DNA of 52,506 nt from a virus. Where the stretch lies: the UHGV virus genome UHGV-0041832; one strand, given 5' to 3'. This document shows, in pieces, positions 9,306 through 17,417 of the stretch; position 1 is the stretch's first letter, and each line of letters opens with the position of its first letter. The translations under genes and the position numbers were made by a program. The notes beneath the pieces were generated by a model. That model was not told the origin of the DNA. It did not search any database and saw only the letters and a program-made list of their open reading frames with translations.

Positions 9306-9641
9306 TCATCCCTCCGGCAACATCACTACATAGACATCACTGAATGCATCAAGACGACAAACAAATCCTTTATCCATTAACGCGGCGAAGGCATCATGTA
9401 CCGTATGAACAGGAAGTTCACACATTGCGGCTACTTCTTTGCGTGATGCATCATGTACCCGTCCTTTGTTATCTGCCTTTTCAGCCAGAGCCATTAAGAC
9501 AAGTTTTTGAATCGGGCTATTAAGTTTTACGTTCCATGCTTTACTAATCATGTTCATACTCATCGCATTTTCTCCTATGGTTAGAGTGAACGCGCGGGCG
9601 GGCATCCCATTAGCATTAGATAGCAGTGACTGACCGCTCAA
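9306..9641 (-). CDS. HTH DNA-binding protein (HTH_36-like), first gene of leftward early operon
   Basis: KLVLMALAEKADNKGRV...SRKEVAAMCELPVHTVHDAFAALMDKGFV winged-helix pattern. The track start is a TTG; a downstream ATG (MPARAF or MSMNMISKAW) is more likely. No separate Cro-sized ORF was found. Confidence 0.55.
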   Translation of the reverse strand: MSGQSLLSNANGMPARAFTLTIGENAMSMNMISKAWNVKLNSPIQKLVLMALAEKADNKGRVHDASRKEVAAMCELPVHTVHDAFAALMDKGFVCRLDAFSDVYVVMLPEG

Positions 9642-9868
9642 CAGATCCCGCCGTTGCGTGATATTTGTTTTTCGCTTCGCAGCGACACCGGATTTTTAAA
9701 GAGCATAAGGTAAGTGCCTTTTTGTGCCTTCAGTTATCTTTTTCCTTGCGTCTTTGCAAGTATGGCCTTACCTTGTCTGCAAGTTTACAAAATGGAATTT
9801 TAAGATCAAGGCTTAAAATACACGTTTTGTGACTTGCATCAAACTTTTTGAGGTTATAGGGTAGCGAC
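9642..9868. promoter_or_regulatory. Immunity region with divergent early promoters (PR-like leftward, PRM-like rightward)
   Basis: 227-bp gap between divergent HTH gene and cI; candidate -35/-10 pairs on both strands; TTGCAT-N15-TATAGG ending ~7 nt before the cI ATG suggests a near-leaderless cI transcript; contains one copy of the dispersed motif (9784-9796). Confidence 0.5.
9681..9713 (-). promoter_or_regulatory. Candidate nutR-like site (boxA + boxB hairpin) on minus strand
   Basis: Minus-strand GCTCTTTAAAAAT (boxA consensus CGCTCTTTAA) followed 6 nt later by UCGCU-GCGA-AGCGA hairpin with GNRA loop. Confidence 0.4.
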
Positions 9869-10516
9869 ATGAAAACAAAATGGTATGACTTAGCAAAGCA
9901 GCTCATGCGGGCGCAGGGCATGAGCCAGGATTCACTCGCGGATCGTATGGGGATAACTAAAGGCGGCCTGTCACACTGGCTGAACGGTCGCCGAGAGCCA
10001 AATCTTGAAGATATTGCGCGGATTATGCGCGAGCTTGGTCGTCGGCAGTTTACTGTTACACATGATGGCATGGTCATTGATGATTCTGTTTCTAATACAC
10101 TTCAGGCCGTGCCGCCGCGTGATTTAGGTAGTTACCCGGTTATTGACTGGAAGGACACAGTAAACAATATGGATGACGCAAGGCGTTCAGCATTACGACA
10201 CGTTACGACTAGCGTTATTTGTTCAGATGACAGTTACTGGCTGGTTGCCAAAGGTGAATCAATGAACGCGCCGCAGGGGTTGAGCATCCCGGCGGGGACG
10301 ATGATACTTGTGGACCCGCACGCGCCAGCTATTGACGGCAAACTGGTTATAGCCCAGCTTGAGGAAGGGCAGATACCGACGTTTAAACAGTTGATTATTG
10401 ATGGAGGTCAAAGGCTTTTACGTTCGCTCAATCCGCTGTATCCGCCAATCCCTATGAATCCAGAATCAAAAATTATAGGCGTGGTGGTTGATGCGAAGAT
10501 CGTAAACCTGCCATAA
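9869..10516 (+). CDS. cI: CI-type prophage repressor (XRE HTH + LexA-like S24 peptidase domain)
   Basis: 215 aa; N-terminal HTH (SQDSLADRMGITKGGLSHWLNGRREP); C-terminal S24 fold with GESMNAP (Ser) and downstream Lys context. Confidence 0.9.
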   Translation: MKTKWYDLAKQLMRAQGMSQDSLADRMGITKGGLSHWLNGRREPNLEDIARIMRELGRRQFTVTHDGMVIDDSVSNTLQAVPPRDLGSYPVIDWKDTVNNMDDARRSALRHVTTSVICSDDSYWLVAKGESMNAPQGLSIPAGTMILVDPHAPAIDGKLVIAQLEEGQIPTFKQLIIDGGQRLLRSLNPLYPPIPMNPESKIIGVVVDAKIVNLP

Positions 10517-10523
10517 ACATTAG

Positions 10524-10545
10524 CCGCCGAATGGCGGCTTTTCTT
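10524..10545 (+). terminator. Rho-independent terminator after cI (truncated by N-run)
   Basis: GCCGCCGAATGGCGGC hairpin followed by TTTTCTT; sequence then enters a 106-nt N gap. Confidence 0.6.
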
Positions 10546-10753
10546 NNNNNNNNNNNNNNNNNNNNNNNNNNNNNNNNNNNNNNNNNNNNNNNNNNNNNNN
10601 NNNNNNNNNNNNNNNNNNNNNNNNNNNNNNNNNNNNNNNNNNNNNNNNNNNCTTTTCTTTGCCTGGAAAACACCAAAACGTAAACAGAAAACGTTATTTA
10701 TTATTTAAATATCAATGCCATATAAAATATTTTAAAAAAGTATACAAAATGGA

Positions 10754-10782
10754 TTGACTCGATGTTTTACGGGGCGTATATT
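10754..10782 (+). promoter_or_regulatory. PL-like sigma70 promoter
   Basis: TTGACT (10754-10759), 17-nt spacer, TATATT (10777-10782); dispersed motif copy immediately upstream (10741-10753). Confidence 0.55.
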
Positions 10783-11036
10783 GCGAGTCAAAGGAAGGGC
10801 GCAGGTAACAAAAGCAACTTCCTGGCACTTTAAAAATCAGGCTTAACACCTTGTCAACCGTGGAGTAACTCCCCGATGGGGGACCGAAAGCGGCACTGAT
10901 AACAAGGCGCATGGGGTGTTTAAAGCGTTACATCCCCCACGAAACCGCACGCAAGGCGACGAGTCAGCTTGCTTGGAGTGAGCAAGGTCACGCCGGGAAC
11001 GGCGATGATTGCGGGATTAGTTGAAAGATGTTAAGC

Positions 11037-11074
11037 CGCTCATTAACAATCTGGTCAGCCGCTGGAAGTGCGGC
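11037..11074 (+). promoter_or_regulatory. Candidate nutL-like site (boxA + hairpin)
   Basis: CGCTCATTAACAA (one mismatch to boxA) then 8 nt then GCCGC-UGGAAGU-GCGGC hairpin, upstream of the arginine-rich protein gene. Confidence 0.4.
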
Positions 11075-11130
11075 AATTAACGAAGATGATTTTTTATTAA
11101 GTATCATCAAGGATATACGGAGATCAGATT

Positions 11131-11421
11131 ATGAGCGTTACAATTATATATGGTAAATGTGATAGCAAAATGAATGCCAGGGAACGCAGAAGGATAAAAA
11201 GAGAAAACGAAAGAAAATCATCACCTGCAATCAATAAAACAGACAATGTGGATAAAGCTATTCGATTTGCAAACGAGGAAAGATGCAAACCAAATAGCAT
11301 TAAAGAACGTCGCAAAGGATCAGTAAAATGGTATACGGAAAATGAAAGCGGCAGCTACTACCACGCAACGCAACCACGCCATTTAGGGGAAAAACCCCTG
11401 GATAAAGTCCGCTACCATTAA
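11131..11421 (+). CDS. N-like antitermination protein candidate (arginine-rich motif)
   Basis: Basic 96-aa ORF; internal Met at 11170 begins MNARERRRIKRENERK, resembling the N-protein arginine-rich RNA-binding motif; position after PL-like promoter and nut-like site. Confidence 0.5.
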   Translation: MSVTIIYGKCDSKMNARERRRIKRENERKSSPAINKTDNVDKAIRFANEERCKPNSIKERRKGSVKWYTENESGSYYHATQPRHLGEKPLDKVRYH

Positions 11422-11567
11422 TACAAAATGTAAACATCCGGGGATGACATTATGGTTATTCAGGCGCTTCAATTCAAACTGGCAGTAGCGGAAATGCTTC
11501 ACGATGCCGAAATGTGGAGCGCCGCGAATAAAGCCTTATACATAGTGTTAACAGCACGGGAGATTAA

Positions 11568-12212
11568 ATGGTGAAAACAGAGTTACATAAAAAGCTATGG
11601 ACGATTCAGCAAACGCTGAACGCGCCGAAAAATCAGCGTAATAATTTTGGTGGATATAATTACAGGTCGGCGGAGGATATTTTAGAGGCGGTTAAACCAC
11701 TGCTTCAAAGTATTACGCTGACTGTAAGCGATGAAATTGTCCTGATCGGCAATCGCTATTATGTGAAAGCTACGGCGACGCTAAGCGACGGTGAAGACGA
11801 AATAGCGGTAACGGCTTACGCCAGGGAAGAAGAAAGCAAGAAGGGAATGGACGCAAGCCAGCTAACAGGTGCGACATCAAGTTACGCGCGAAAATATGCT
11901 TTGAACGGTTTATTCTGCATTGATGATGCGCGAGATCCTGATACTGACGCATACGCTAAGCAGACAGGCCAGCAGCCTCGCCAGCAGAAAAACCCACCAA
12001 AACAACAACCACAGCAGCAGAAAGCGCCGCCAAATCCTGATGAAGTATTAGCACGTTTCTGTGATGCAGCAGCGAAAGCGCAGGACGCTAACAAGCTGCG
12101 TGAAATATTTGGCAAATGCTGGAAATTACTACCGGAAGGATCGGAACATCGAATCAAGGCAAAAGATGTTTATGACATCCGGGTAGCAGAGCTTAACGGG
12201 GAGATGGGTTAA
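11568..12212 (+). CDS. erf: Erf-family single-strand annealing recombinase
   Basis: Strong resemblance from memory to P22 Erf (LNAPKNQ...YRSAEDILEAVKPLL...SDEIVLIGNRYYVKATATLSDGE...AREEESKKGMDASQLTGATSSYARKYALNGLF). Confidence 0.92.
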   Translation: MVKTELHKKLWTIQQTLNAPKNQRNNFGGYNYRSAEDILEAVKPLLQSITLTVSDEIVLIGNRYYVKATATLSDGEDEIAVTAYAREEESKKGMDASQLTGATSSYARKYALNGLFCIDDARDPDTDAYAKQTGQQPRQQKNPPKQQPQQQKAPPNPDEVLARFCDAAAKAQDANKLREIFGKCWKLLPEGSEHRIKAKDVYDIRVAELNGEMG

Positions 12213-12616
12213 TGAGTTTAAATTCAATCACGCTGGGCGGGAATATCGGTAATGATATGGAGGTTCGCTACACACAAAACGGGAAAGCGATTGGTAGTTT
12301 TCCGTTAGCTGTAACGAATGGCTACGGCGATAATAAGCGGACAATGTGGGTCACTTGCCTGGTATTTGGTGAGCGTGCGGAAAAATTAGCGCCACATATC
12401 CGCAAGGGTGGAAAAATAGTGGTAAGCGGTCGCCTGGATGTTCGGCAATATGACCGGAACGACGGCACGAAGGGAACGGCGGTAGAAGTGGCGGTTAACG
12501 AATTTGAATTCATGAACGTTAACCAACAAGGCCAGCAGCAGAAAGCGCCTCCGCAGCAGCAGAATAATAACGGGAATAATCCGCCGATGGACTTTGATGA
12601 CGATATCCCGTTTTGA
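12212..12616 (+). CDS. ssb: Single-stranded DNA-binding protein
   Basis: OB-fold N-terminus, Gln/Pro-rich linker, acidic C-terminal tail DFDDDIPF. Confidence 0.92.
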   Translation: MSLNSITLGGNIGNDMEVRYTQNGKAIGSFPLAVTNGYGDNKRTMWVTCLVFGERAEKLAPHIRKGGKIVVSGRLDVRQYDRNDGTKGTAVEVAVNEFEFMNVNQQGQQQKAPPQQQNNNGNNPPMDFDDDIPF

Positions 12617-12631
12617 TCCAATAGGTTAGCG

Positions 12632-12910
12632 ATGGTTGATTATCTAAAACCGCCACCACCGCCACGAACAAAAGAGCAAGTATTAAAAGAAGCCCGTGAT
12701 CAAATCGATCGCGGGCTTTTTTTATGCGGCACGGCAGCGGAACGGATGGCAAAAAGATTTAGTGACCTGTACGCAAAACAAATATGGTTCGACAACTGGC
12801 AGGCAAGTTTTTATCCGCTGCAAAGAAAACCGGATATGCACTGGCCTGAATATGTCGATCCACGTATGCGCAAATATCGCGGGCGTATGGGCCAGGTCAT
12901 TAACGATTAA
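12632..12910 (+). CDS. Hypothetical protein
   Basis: 92 aa ORF. Confidence 0.45.
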   Translation: MVDYLKPPPPPRTKEQVLKEARDQIDRGLFLCGTAAERMAKRFSDLYAKQIWFDNWQASFYPLQRKPDMHWPEYVDPRMRKYRGRMGQVIND

Positions 12911-12922
12911 TGAGGTGTTATC

Positions 12923-13147
12923 ATGATTGAAGAAAAAGAAGTAGACAAGGAAATTCCTGACGGTTGTGATGAGCTTATTTGTTTTGACGGCGGCCTGTAT
13001 GAGTTCGAAACGTCTGCAGGGTGGCACGATAAATGGCCTAAGCCTACTCGCCAGGAATTAAGCGACCGTAAATCATTCGGCGAAGATGCCGAACGGCTGG
13101 CTAATAACAAATGGCTTGATAAGTTAATTGCGGAGGGTGGCAAATGA
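12923..13147 (+). CDS. Hypothetical acidic protein
   Basis: 74 aa ORF with upstream GAGG SD. Confidence 0.45.
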   Translation: MIEEKEVDKEIPDGCDELICFDGGLYEFETSAGWHDKWPKPTRQELSDRKSFGEDAERLANNKWLDKLIAEGGK

Positions 13148-13257
13148 GCTTTGCAAAAATTGCCGCATTGCTTGCGGCTTTATCTATCGCCGTGCTGTAT
13201 CTCAGTGTATCTCTTTATATCACGGTAGCGATCATTAAACTCATTACTAACATGTGA
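13144..13257 (+). CDS. Small hydrophobic membrane peptide (37 aa)
   Basis: Hand-translated MSFAKIAALLAALSIAVLYLSVSLYITVAIIKLITNM; ATGA overlap with upstream stop. Confidence 0.35.
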   Translation: MSFAKIAALLAALSIAVLYLSVSLYITVAIIKLITNM

Positions 13258-13265
13258 GGCCAATC

Positions 13266-13385
13266 ATGAAAGTCGGTAAGGATATTGTGACTGTCGCGTT
13301 TTGCATTATTTGCTTCCTGTTTGTGGTTGTTTCTTGTGGCGCATTTGCTGCGTTGGTTAGCTTTATTTTTAGAGGGTTGCCGTGA
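13266..13385 (+). CDS. Small hydrophobic membrane peptide (39 aa)
   Basis: Hand-translated MKVGKDIVTVAFCIICFLFVVVSCGAFAALVSFIFRGLP; stop overlaps next gene start. Confidence 0.35.
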   Translation: MKVGKDIVTVAFCIICFLFVVVSCGAFAALVSFIFRGLP

Positions 13386-13657
13386 TGAAAACATGGGATG
13401 CAAAGGCTGGTGATCTTGTTGTGTTGCCTGAATATCGTGATGACCCTGGCCTGGTTGTACTGAATAAGATATATAACGATCTCGAGCGCCCGCTAGTGGT
13501 TAAATACCTGGACGGAACAATCATAGAACCGCGCTACTTTGATGAGATTGAACTAAAGGCCCACAATGTTCGCGTTAAGCCGTTCCGTGCTTATGTTGAA
13601 AACCACTGGCGGAAATTGTTCGCCGGACTGAATGGGATGTTTGGCGTATGGCTATAA
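13382..13657 (+). CDS. Hypothetical protein
   Basis: 91 aa ORF, coupled. Confidence 0.45.
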   Translation: MMKTWDAKAGDLVVLPEYRDDPGLVVLNKIYNDLERPLVVKYLDGTIIEPRYFDEIELKAHNVRVKPFRAYVENHWRKLFAGLNGMFGVWL

Positions 13658-13839
13658 AATTAGTGAAAGTTAAAGACCTGAAAGGCGGAGAAAAGATCCG
13701 CACGTGGTATGGCTATAAATTTATTGTCGCTGCCTTTTCTTTCGGGTCAGGGGGTCAAGTAACATTATTTGATGAAGAAGACGACGAGGTGGGTAAATGG
13801 CATCTTGAACAATATGTTGAGGTGTTAAATGAAAATTAA
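13648..13839 (+). CDS. Hypothetical protein
   Basis: 63 aa ORF, coupled. Confidence 0.4.
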   Translation: MAIKLVKVKDLKGGEKIRTWYGYKFIVAAFSFGSGGQVTLFDEEDDEVGKWHLEQYVEVLNEN

Positions 13840-14161
13840 ATTACATAAGGCCTATGATAGCGAAACAAATAAGCTATCACTATTTATTGAGTTCGAACGC
13901 CGGATCGTGTGTGTACCGTGGGCGCGTCGCTTTAATGATGCAGCAGGGCGGCGACAGTTCGCGTTAGACATGTTGTTGCGCGGTTGCGGCCTTATGCGCC
14001 CGCTATCTGATTTAAAACGGATGATGCCTGGATCGTTCGGTCAGATTGATGAAATAGAAATAGGCCAGGAAGAGCTAAAACGGGCGCGTGATTTATTCCT
14101 TTCAAGTGAAGGAAACCCGTTCAACCCAGAAACTGAAATGAAATGGCATCACCCACTATAA
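13829..14161 (+). CDS. Hypothetical protein
   Basis: 110 aa ORF. Confidence 0.45.
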   Translation: MKIKLHKAYDSETNKLSLFIEFERRIVCVPWARRFNDAAGRRQFALDMLLRGCGLMRPLSDLKRMMPGSFGQIDEIEIGQEELKRARDLFLSSEGNPFNPETEMKWHHPL

Positions 14162-14165
14162 AAGG

Positions 14166-14795
14166 ATGAACATCATGAACGACATCAAAACAGCTTATTC
14201 ACTTGGCGGCAATGGCATGTTAATCACTCGCTACACTGAAGACGCAAGTGTTCATGAAGTGGAAACGAAGGATTATCACGAAGTATTAAAAGATATGGAA
14301 GCTGGCGCGTATGACGCTGATTTAAACCTGGCTATGCAGATCGTTGATATTGTGATGGACGCGTCGATCCGCGATTATGTTTCTTTAAACGCTGAAGAAA
14401 AAACGGTTGTAGCTCGTTATGTCTTCTGCCTTACTTTCGTAAAACGCATGGAAGAGGATTTTGGTCGAGTGCCAGTGCCGGAAGAGATTGACCCGATGGC
14501 GTTCGGAAGTGCTGTTATCTTCCCGCTGGATGAAAATCATATGGGTAGCATTGCACTGCATACTATGCGTGACATGATGAAAAAACTGTTTGAAGTTAAA
14601 TTGCTAGAGAAGTTCGTTGATGACGGTTACGAAGAAGAAGAAGTTAAACACCTTATGCCATTGTTTTACGGCGAAATGGTTGGCACTGATATGCGTGCAA
14701 ATGATTTCGGCGTGCAGGCGGCTATAGCTGTGCTTAATGATGCACGGAAAAACTCACAGCCAATGCCTGAACCGGAAAAACGTGTACTGCATTAA
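14166..14795 (+). CDS. Hypothetical protein
   Basis: 209 aa ORF with good SD (AAAGGA). Confidence 0.5.
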   Translation: MNIMNDIKTAYSLGGNGMLITRYTEDASVHEVETKDYHEVLKDMEAGAYDADLNLAMQIVDIVMDASIRDYVSLNAEEKTVVARYVFCLTFVKRMEEDFGRVPVPEEIDPMAFGSAVIFPLDENHMGSIALHTMRDMMKKLFEVKLLEKFVDDGYEEEEVKHLMPLFYGEMVGTDMRANDFGVQAAIAVLNDARKNSQPMPEPEKRVLH

Positions 14796-14894
14796 CAGCG
14801 TGATTGCGATCACATAAATATACATTTTGTGTTGTGATCGCGTATCCGTTTTGTAAACAGAAATCAAAAGGTTTACGGCACGGAGGAAAACAAG

Positions 14895-15113
14895 ATGGCC
14901 CGCGAATACATGCTTTATTGCGTTGAGGGTGGCGTAGGCCATGATGCCTACGTCGCCGGGAAAAGCTATCCAGCCGATGAAGTGCTTTCTAATATGCACT
15001 TCCGGGAAAATGAAAGCCAGGTGTCTGTGTGGAAACGGTGCATTGATGGTATTGAGGTTGTAAGCATCGAACGGTATTTAGGTGCGTTTGATTACGGTGT
15101 TATTGAGGCTTAA
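14895..15113 (+). CDS. Hypothetical protein
   Basis: 72 aa ORF with GGAGGA SD. Confidence 0.45.
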   Translation: MAREYMLYCVEGGVGHDAYVAGKSYPADEVLSNMHFRENESQVSVWKRCIDGIEVVSIERYLGAFDYGVIEA

Positions 15114-15115
15114 TT

Positions 15116-15208
15116 ATGGACGACACATTGTTTTATATGTGCTGTTGCTGGGGTTTTATTGCCTTATGCCTGTTTATCAGATGGTTTATTGAATACCATA
15201 TGAGGTGA
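15116..15208 (+). CDS. Possible 30-aa hydrophobic Cys/Trp-rich peptide
   Basis: Hand-translated MDDTLFYMCCCWGFIALCLFIRWFIEYHMR. Confidence 0.25.
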   Translation: MDDTLFYMCCCWGFIALCLFIRWFIEYHMR

Positions 15209-15211
15209 TAT

Positions 15212-15403
15212 ATGAAATGCGTTGGAGAATATAAGTTACCGGACAACGCCAAATTAGCTGGTGTCGGTTATTGCGGATGTTATTACTACAACTCAATCGG
15301 TGACATTTACCTAATCTGCATCATTAAAGGCGTTCAGCATTTTCGCTTGATGCCTTGCACATTAAAAGATCTAAAACAGGCGGTAAAAATGTATGAAGTA
15401 TAA
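15212..15403 (+). CDS. Hypothetical small Cys-rich protein
   Basis: 63 aa ORF. Confidence 0.4.
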   Translation: MKCVGEYKLPDNAKLAGVGYCGCYYYNSIGDIYLICIIKGVQHFRLMPCTLKDLKQAVKMYEV

Positions 15404-15596
15404 ACGCTATAAAGAGTGGAAAATCCCAGAAGCAGCAACAAAGGCAGCGCCCGGAAACTTTTCGGGCGTTTACTTTTATATGGAAGGCAAATGGTATTTC
15501 GGCAGCAGGCCTGATCACTATTATCAGGAAATATGCAAACCTCATGTATGGGATATAAAAGAGCGGGTGAAAGACGGTGTAATAGACGAGGTTTAA
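15393..15596 (+). CDS. Hypothetical protein
   Basis: 67 aa ORF. Confidence 0.4.
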   Translation: MKYKRYKEWKIPEAATKAAPGNFSGVYFYMEGKWYFGSRPDHYYQEICKPHVWDIKERVKDGVIDEV

Positions 15597-15597
15597 A

Positions 15598-15819
15598 ATG
15601 GTTAAGAGCTTTTTAAACTGGTTAAAGGCGTGGCTTTTGGTTACGCTTTTTGTTTTTTTGGTGTTCAGTGGCGCTATCGTCATATTTACGCTGGGTATGA
15701 TTTTTGTTACATGGTCAGTACCTGAATTTAACGACATTGAAAGCATTCTTTTTACTGTACGCGCTTTATTGGCTGGTAGCGCATTCATCGGTTTTTGCTT
15801 TACTGTTTCGCGTGATTAG
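15598..15819 (+). CDS. Small two-helix membrane protein
   Basis: 73 aa with two hydrophobic segments. Confidence 0.45.
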   Translation: MVKSFLNWLKAWLLVTLFVFLVFSGAIVIFTLGMIFVTWSVPEFNDIESILFTVRALLAGSAFIGFCFTVSRD

Positions 15820-15820
15820 G

Positions 15821-16069
15821 ATGAATGGTGATCCTATGGCTTTATTCAATATGTCAGAGCCGCAATTTAACGCCGTAAAGACTGCCGCCCGCGCCGCGCT
15901 TTCGGCCTGCAAAGCGGAGGTAGAGAAGAACGGCTACAGCGATAAAGCCACGCGGCTGATATTAGAGAAGCATTATCGCAAGGTTGCCCCACTAATCAGC
16001 ATTGAGCGTTTTGTGTGGTTGGTTGGGTATCTAAATAATCGGTGGGGTACTGATCAGGATTATTTCTGA
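15821..16069 (+). CDS. Hypothetical protein
   Basis: Internal start MNGDPMALFN of ORF 15704..16069, directly after the upstream stop. Confidence 0.4.
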   Translation: MNGDPMALFNMSEPQFNAVKTAARAALSACKAEVEKNGYSDKATRLILEKHYRKVAPLISIERFVWLVGYLNNRWGTDQDYF

Positions 16070-16620
16070 TGGGGGTCATGATGAAAAATGATTTTGGAGG
16101 TAGTCACACTCCAAAGGAAATTAAAGATCTATGGCAGACGCCTAAACCAGTTTTCAGAGGAATGGACCGCGAATTTGAATTTGTCGCGGACGTGGCGGCA
16201 AACAAAGCAAACGCGCTAGTTCCGCGATATATAACCGAAGAAATGGACACGTTGCATTATCCGTGGGGAGCGGTGGCAATGCCTGGTGAGTATGTTTGGC
16301 TTAATCCACCATATTCTAATCCTGGGCCATTCGTTGATAAGGCGGCGCTTGAACATCAACGAAATCATATTGGCTGTGTAATGCTATTGCCCGCTGACAT
16401 TTCTGTTAGCTGGTTTATGAACGGCGTGGAGACGGCAAACGAATGCCGATTAATCACGCGCGGGCGTCTGGCGTTTATCAATGCCGCTACTGGTAAGCCA
16501 GCAAGCGGAAACAATAAGGGTAGCTTGTTCTTGATCTGGCATCCACGGTGCAGACATGAATGTATTTTCACGCAGATAACACGTAAAGAGCTATATGCAA
16601 GAGGTGCAGAAAATGAATAA
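16069..16620 (+). CDS. dam: Phage N6-adenine DNA methyltransferase (Dam-like)
   Basis: 183 aa; DLWQTP start and NPPY catalytic motif (WLNPPYSN). Confidence 0.75.
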   Translation: MGVMMKNDFGGSHTPKEIKDLWQTPKPVFRGMDREFEFVADVAANKANALVPRYITEEMDTLHYPWGAVAMPGEYVWLNPPYSNPGPFVDKAALEHQRNHIGCVMLLPADISVSWFMNGVETANECRLITRGRLAFINAATGKPASGNNKGSLFLIWHPRCRHECIFTQITRKELYARGAENE

Positions 16621-16933
16621 AGCGGCTGAATTGCTGAGACTTGCGGCTGAAACTATCGAGGCAAGAGGGGAGCAAAACGGATACGATCGAAAAGAAGAAA
16701 AATCAGCGCCAAAAATAGCCACTATTTTCAACGCTAAGATGAATGCGAATTTAACCCCACTTGATGTATGGGATCTAATGATTTGCCTCAAGGAAGCGCG
16801 TTTAGGGGCTATTCTCGCTAATGGAACTGATCCGCTCGACACTCTTATAGACCTTATTGCTTATAACGCGCTTAAGGCCGAACAGATATTAGCGTATCGG
16901 GAGGAAGAGCTAAATGAAGATGGTGGCAATTGA
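16595..16933 (+). CDS. Hypothetical protein
   Basis: 112 aa ORF. Confidence 0.45.
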   Translation: MQEVQKMNKAAELLRLAAETIEARGEQNGYDRKEEKSAPKIATIFNAKMNANLTPLDVWDLMICLKEARLGAILANGTDPLDTLIDLIAYNALKAEQILAYREEELNEDGGN

Positions 16934-17417
16934 CAGGTTATTAGCCTGCGTTTATGTCGCCGTTTTCGTTATCATCAATCTTATTGTTAACCACTGTGGC
17001 CCGTGGGTAATTCCGATCACCACGGTAGCCGCCGTGTGTGTCAATATGATGATTCGTGATTTTCTGTTATATGACGGCGGCCTTAAATGGTCGGCTACAA
17101 CATGCGCCGCCGCTGGCGCAATCACGGTGCTGATAAATTACGACGCCGGAATGGTGGCGATCGCGTCATTCGTTGCGGTTGTTTCCGGTGCACTTATTTC
17201 TGGCGGCGTTTACCGGGTTTTGCCTGGTGGCTTTGATTCTAAACGTTGGCCTGCAAATATAGCGTCCGCCATTGGTGATGCGTTAATTTTTCCTACGCTA
17301 TCGTTTATGGCGTTTATGCCGGAAATATCAGCTATGCAATTCATCTCAAAAATGGCAGCGGTAACGGTGATCACCATCATTATGCGCCGCTATTTCACGT
17401 TTGAGGGTAGAAAATGA
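16914..17417 (+). CDS. Integral membrane protein (4-5 predicted helices)
   Basis: 167 aa, multiple hydrophobic segments; possible transporter-like fold but family not established. Confidence 0.5.
   Translation: MKMVAIDRLLACVYVAVFVIINLIVNHCGPWVIPITTVAAVCVNMMIRDFLLYDGGLKWSATTCAAAGAITVLINYDAGMVAIASFVAVVSGALISGGVYRVLPGGFDSKRWPANIASAIGDALIFPTLSFMAFMPEISAMQFISKMAAVTVITIIMRRYFTFEGRK

Noticed and set aside
9730-10077. Minus-strand ORF 9730..10077 as a possible Cro gene
   Set aside because: It overlaps the 5' part of cI on the opposite strand, runs through the operator region and has no credible start context; more likely a chance antisense ORF.
10473-10676. ORF-track entries containing long runs of X (10473..10676, 36551..36751, 36578..36901, 36591..36875)
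   Set aside because: They span N-runs (10546-10651, 36639-36726); translation through undetermined bases is meaningless.
10786-11040. Hairpin-rich leader considered as a retron msr/msd-like non-coding RNA
   Set aside because: No reverse transcriptase gene is present nearby; the hairpins are better explained as a nut-site-containing leader of the rightward early operon.
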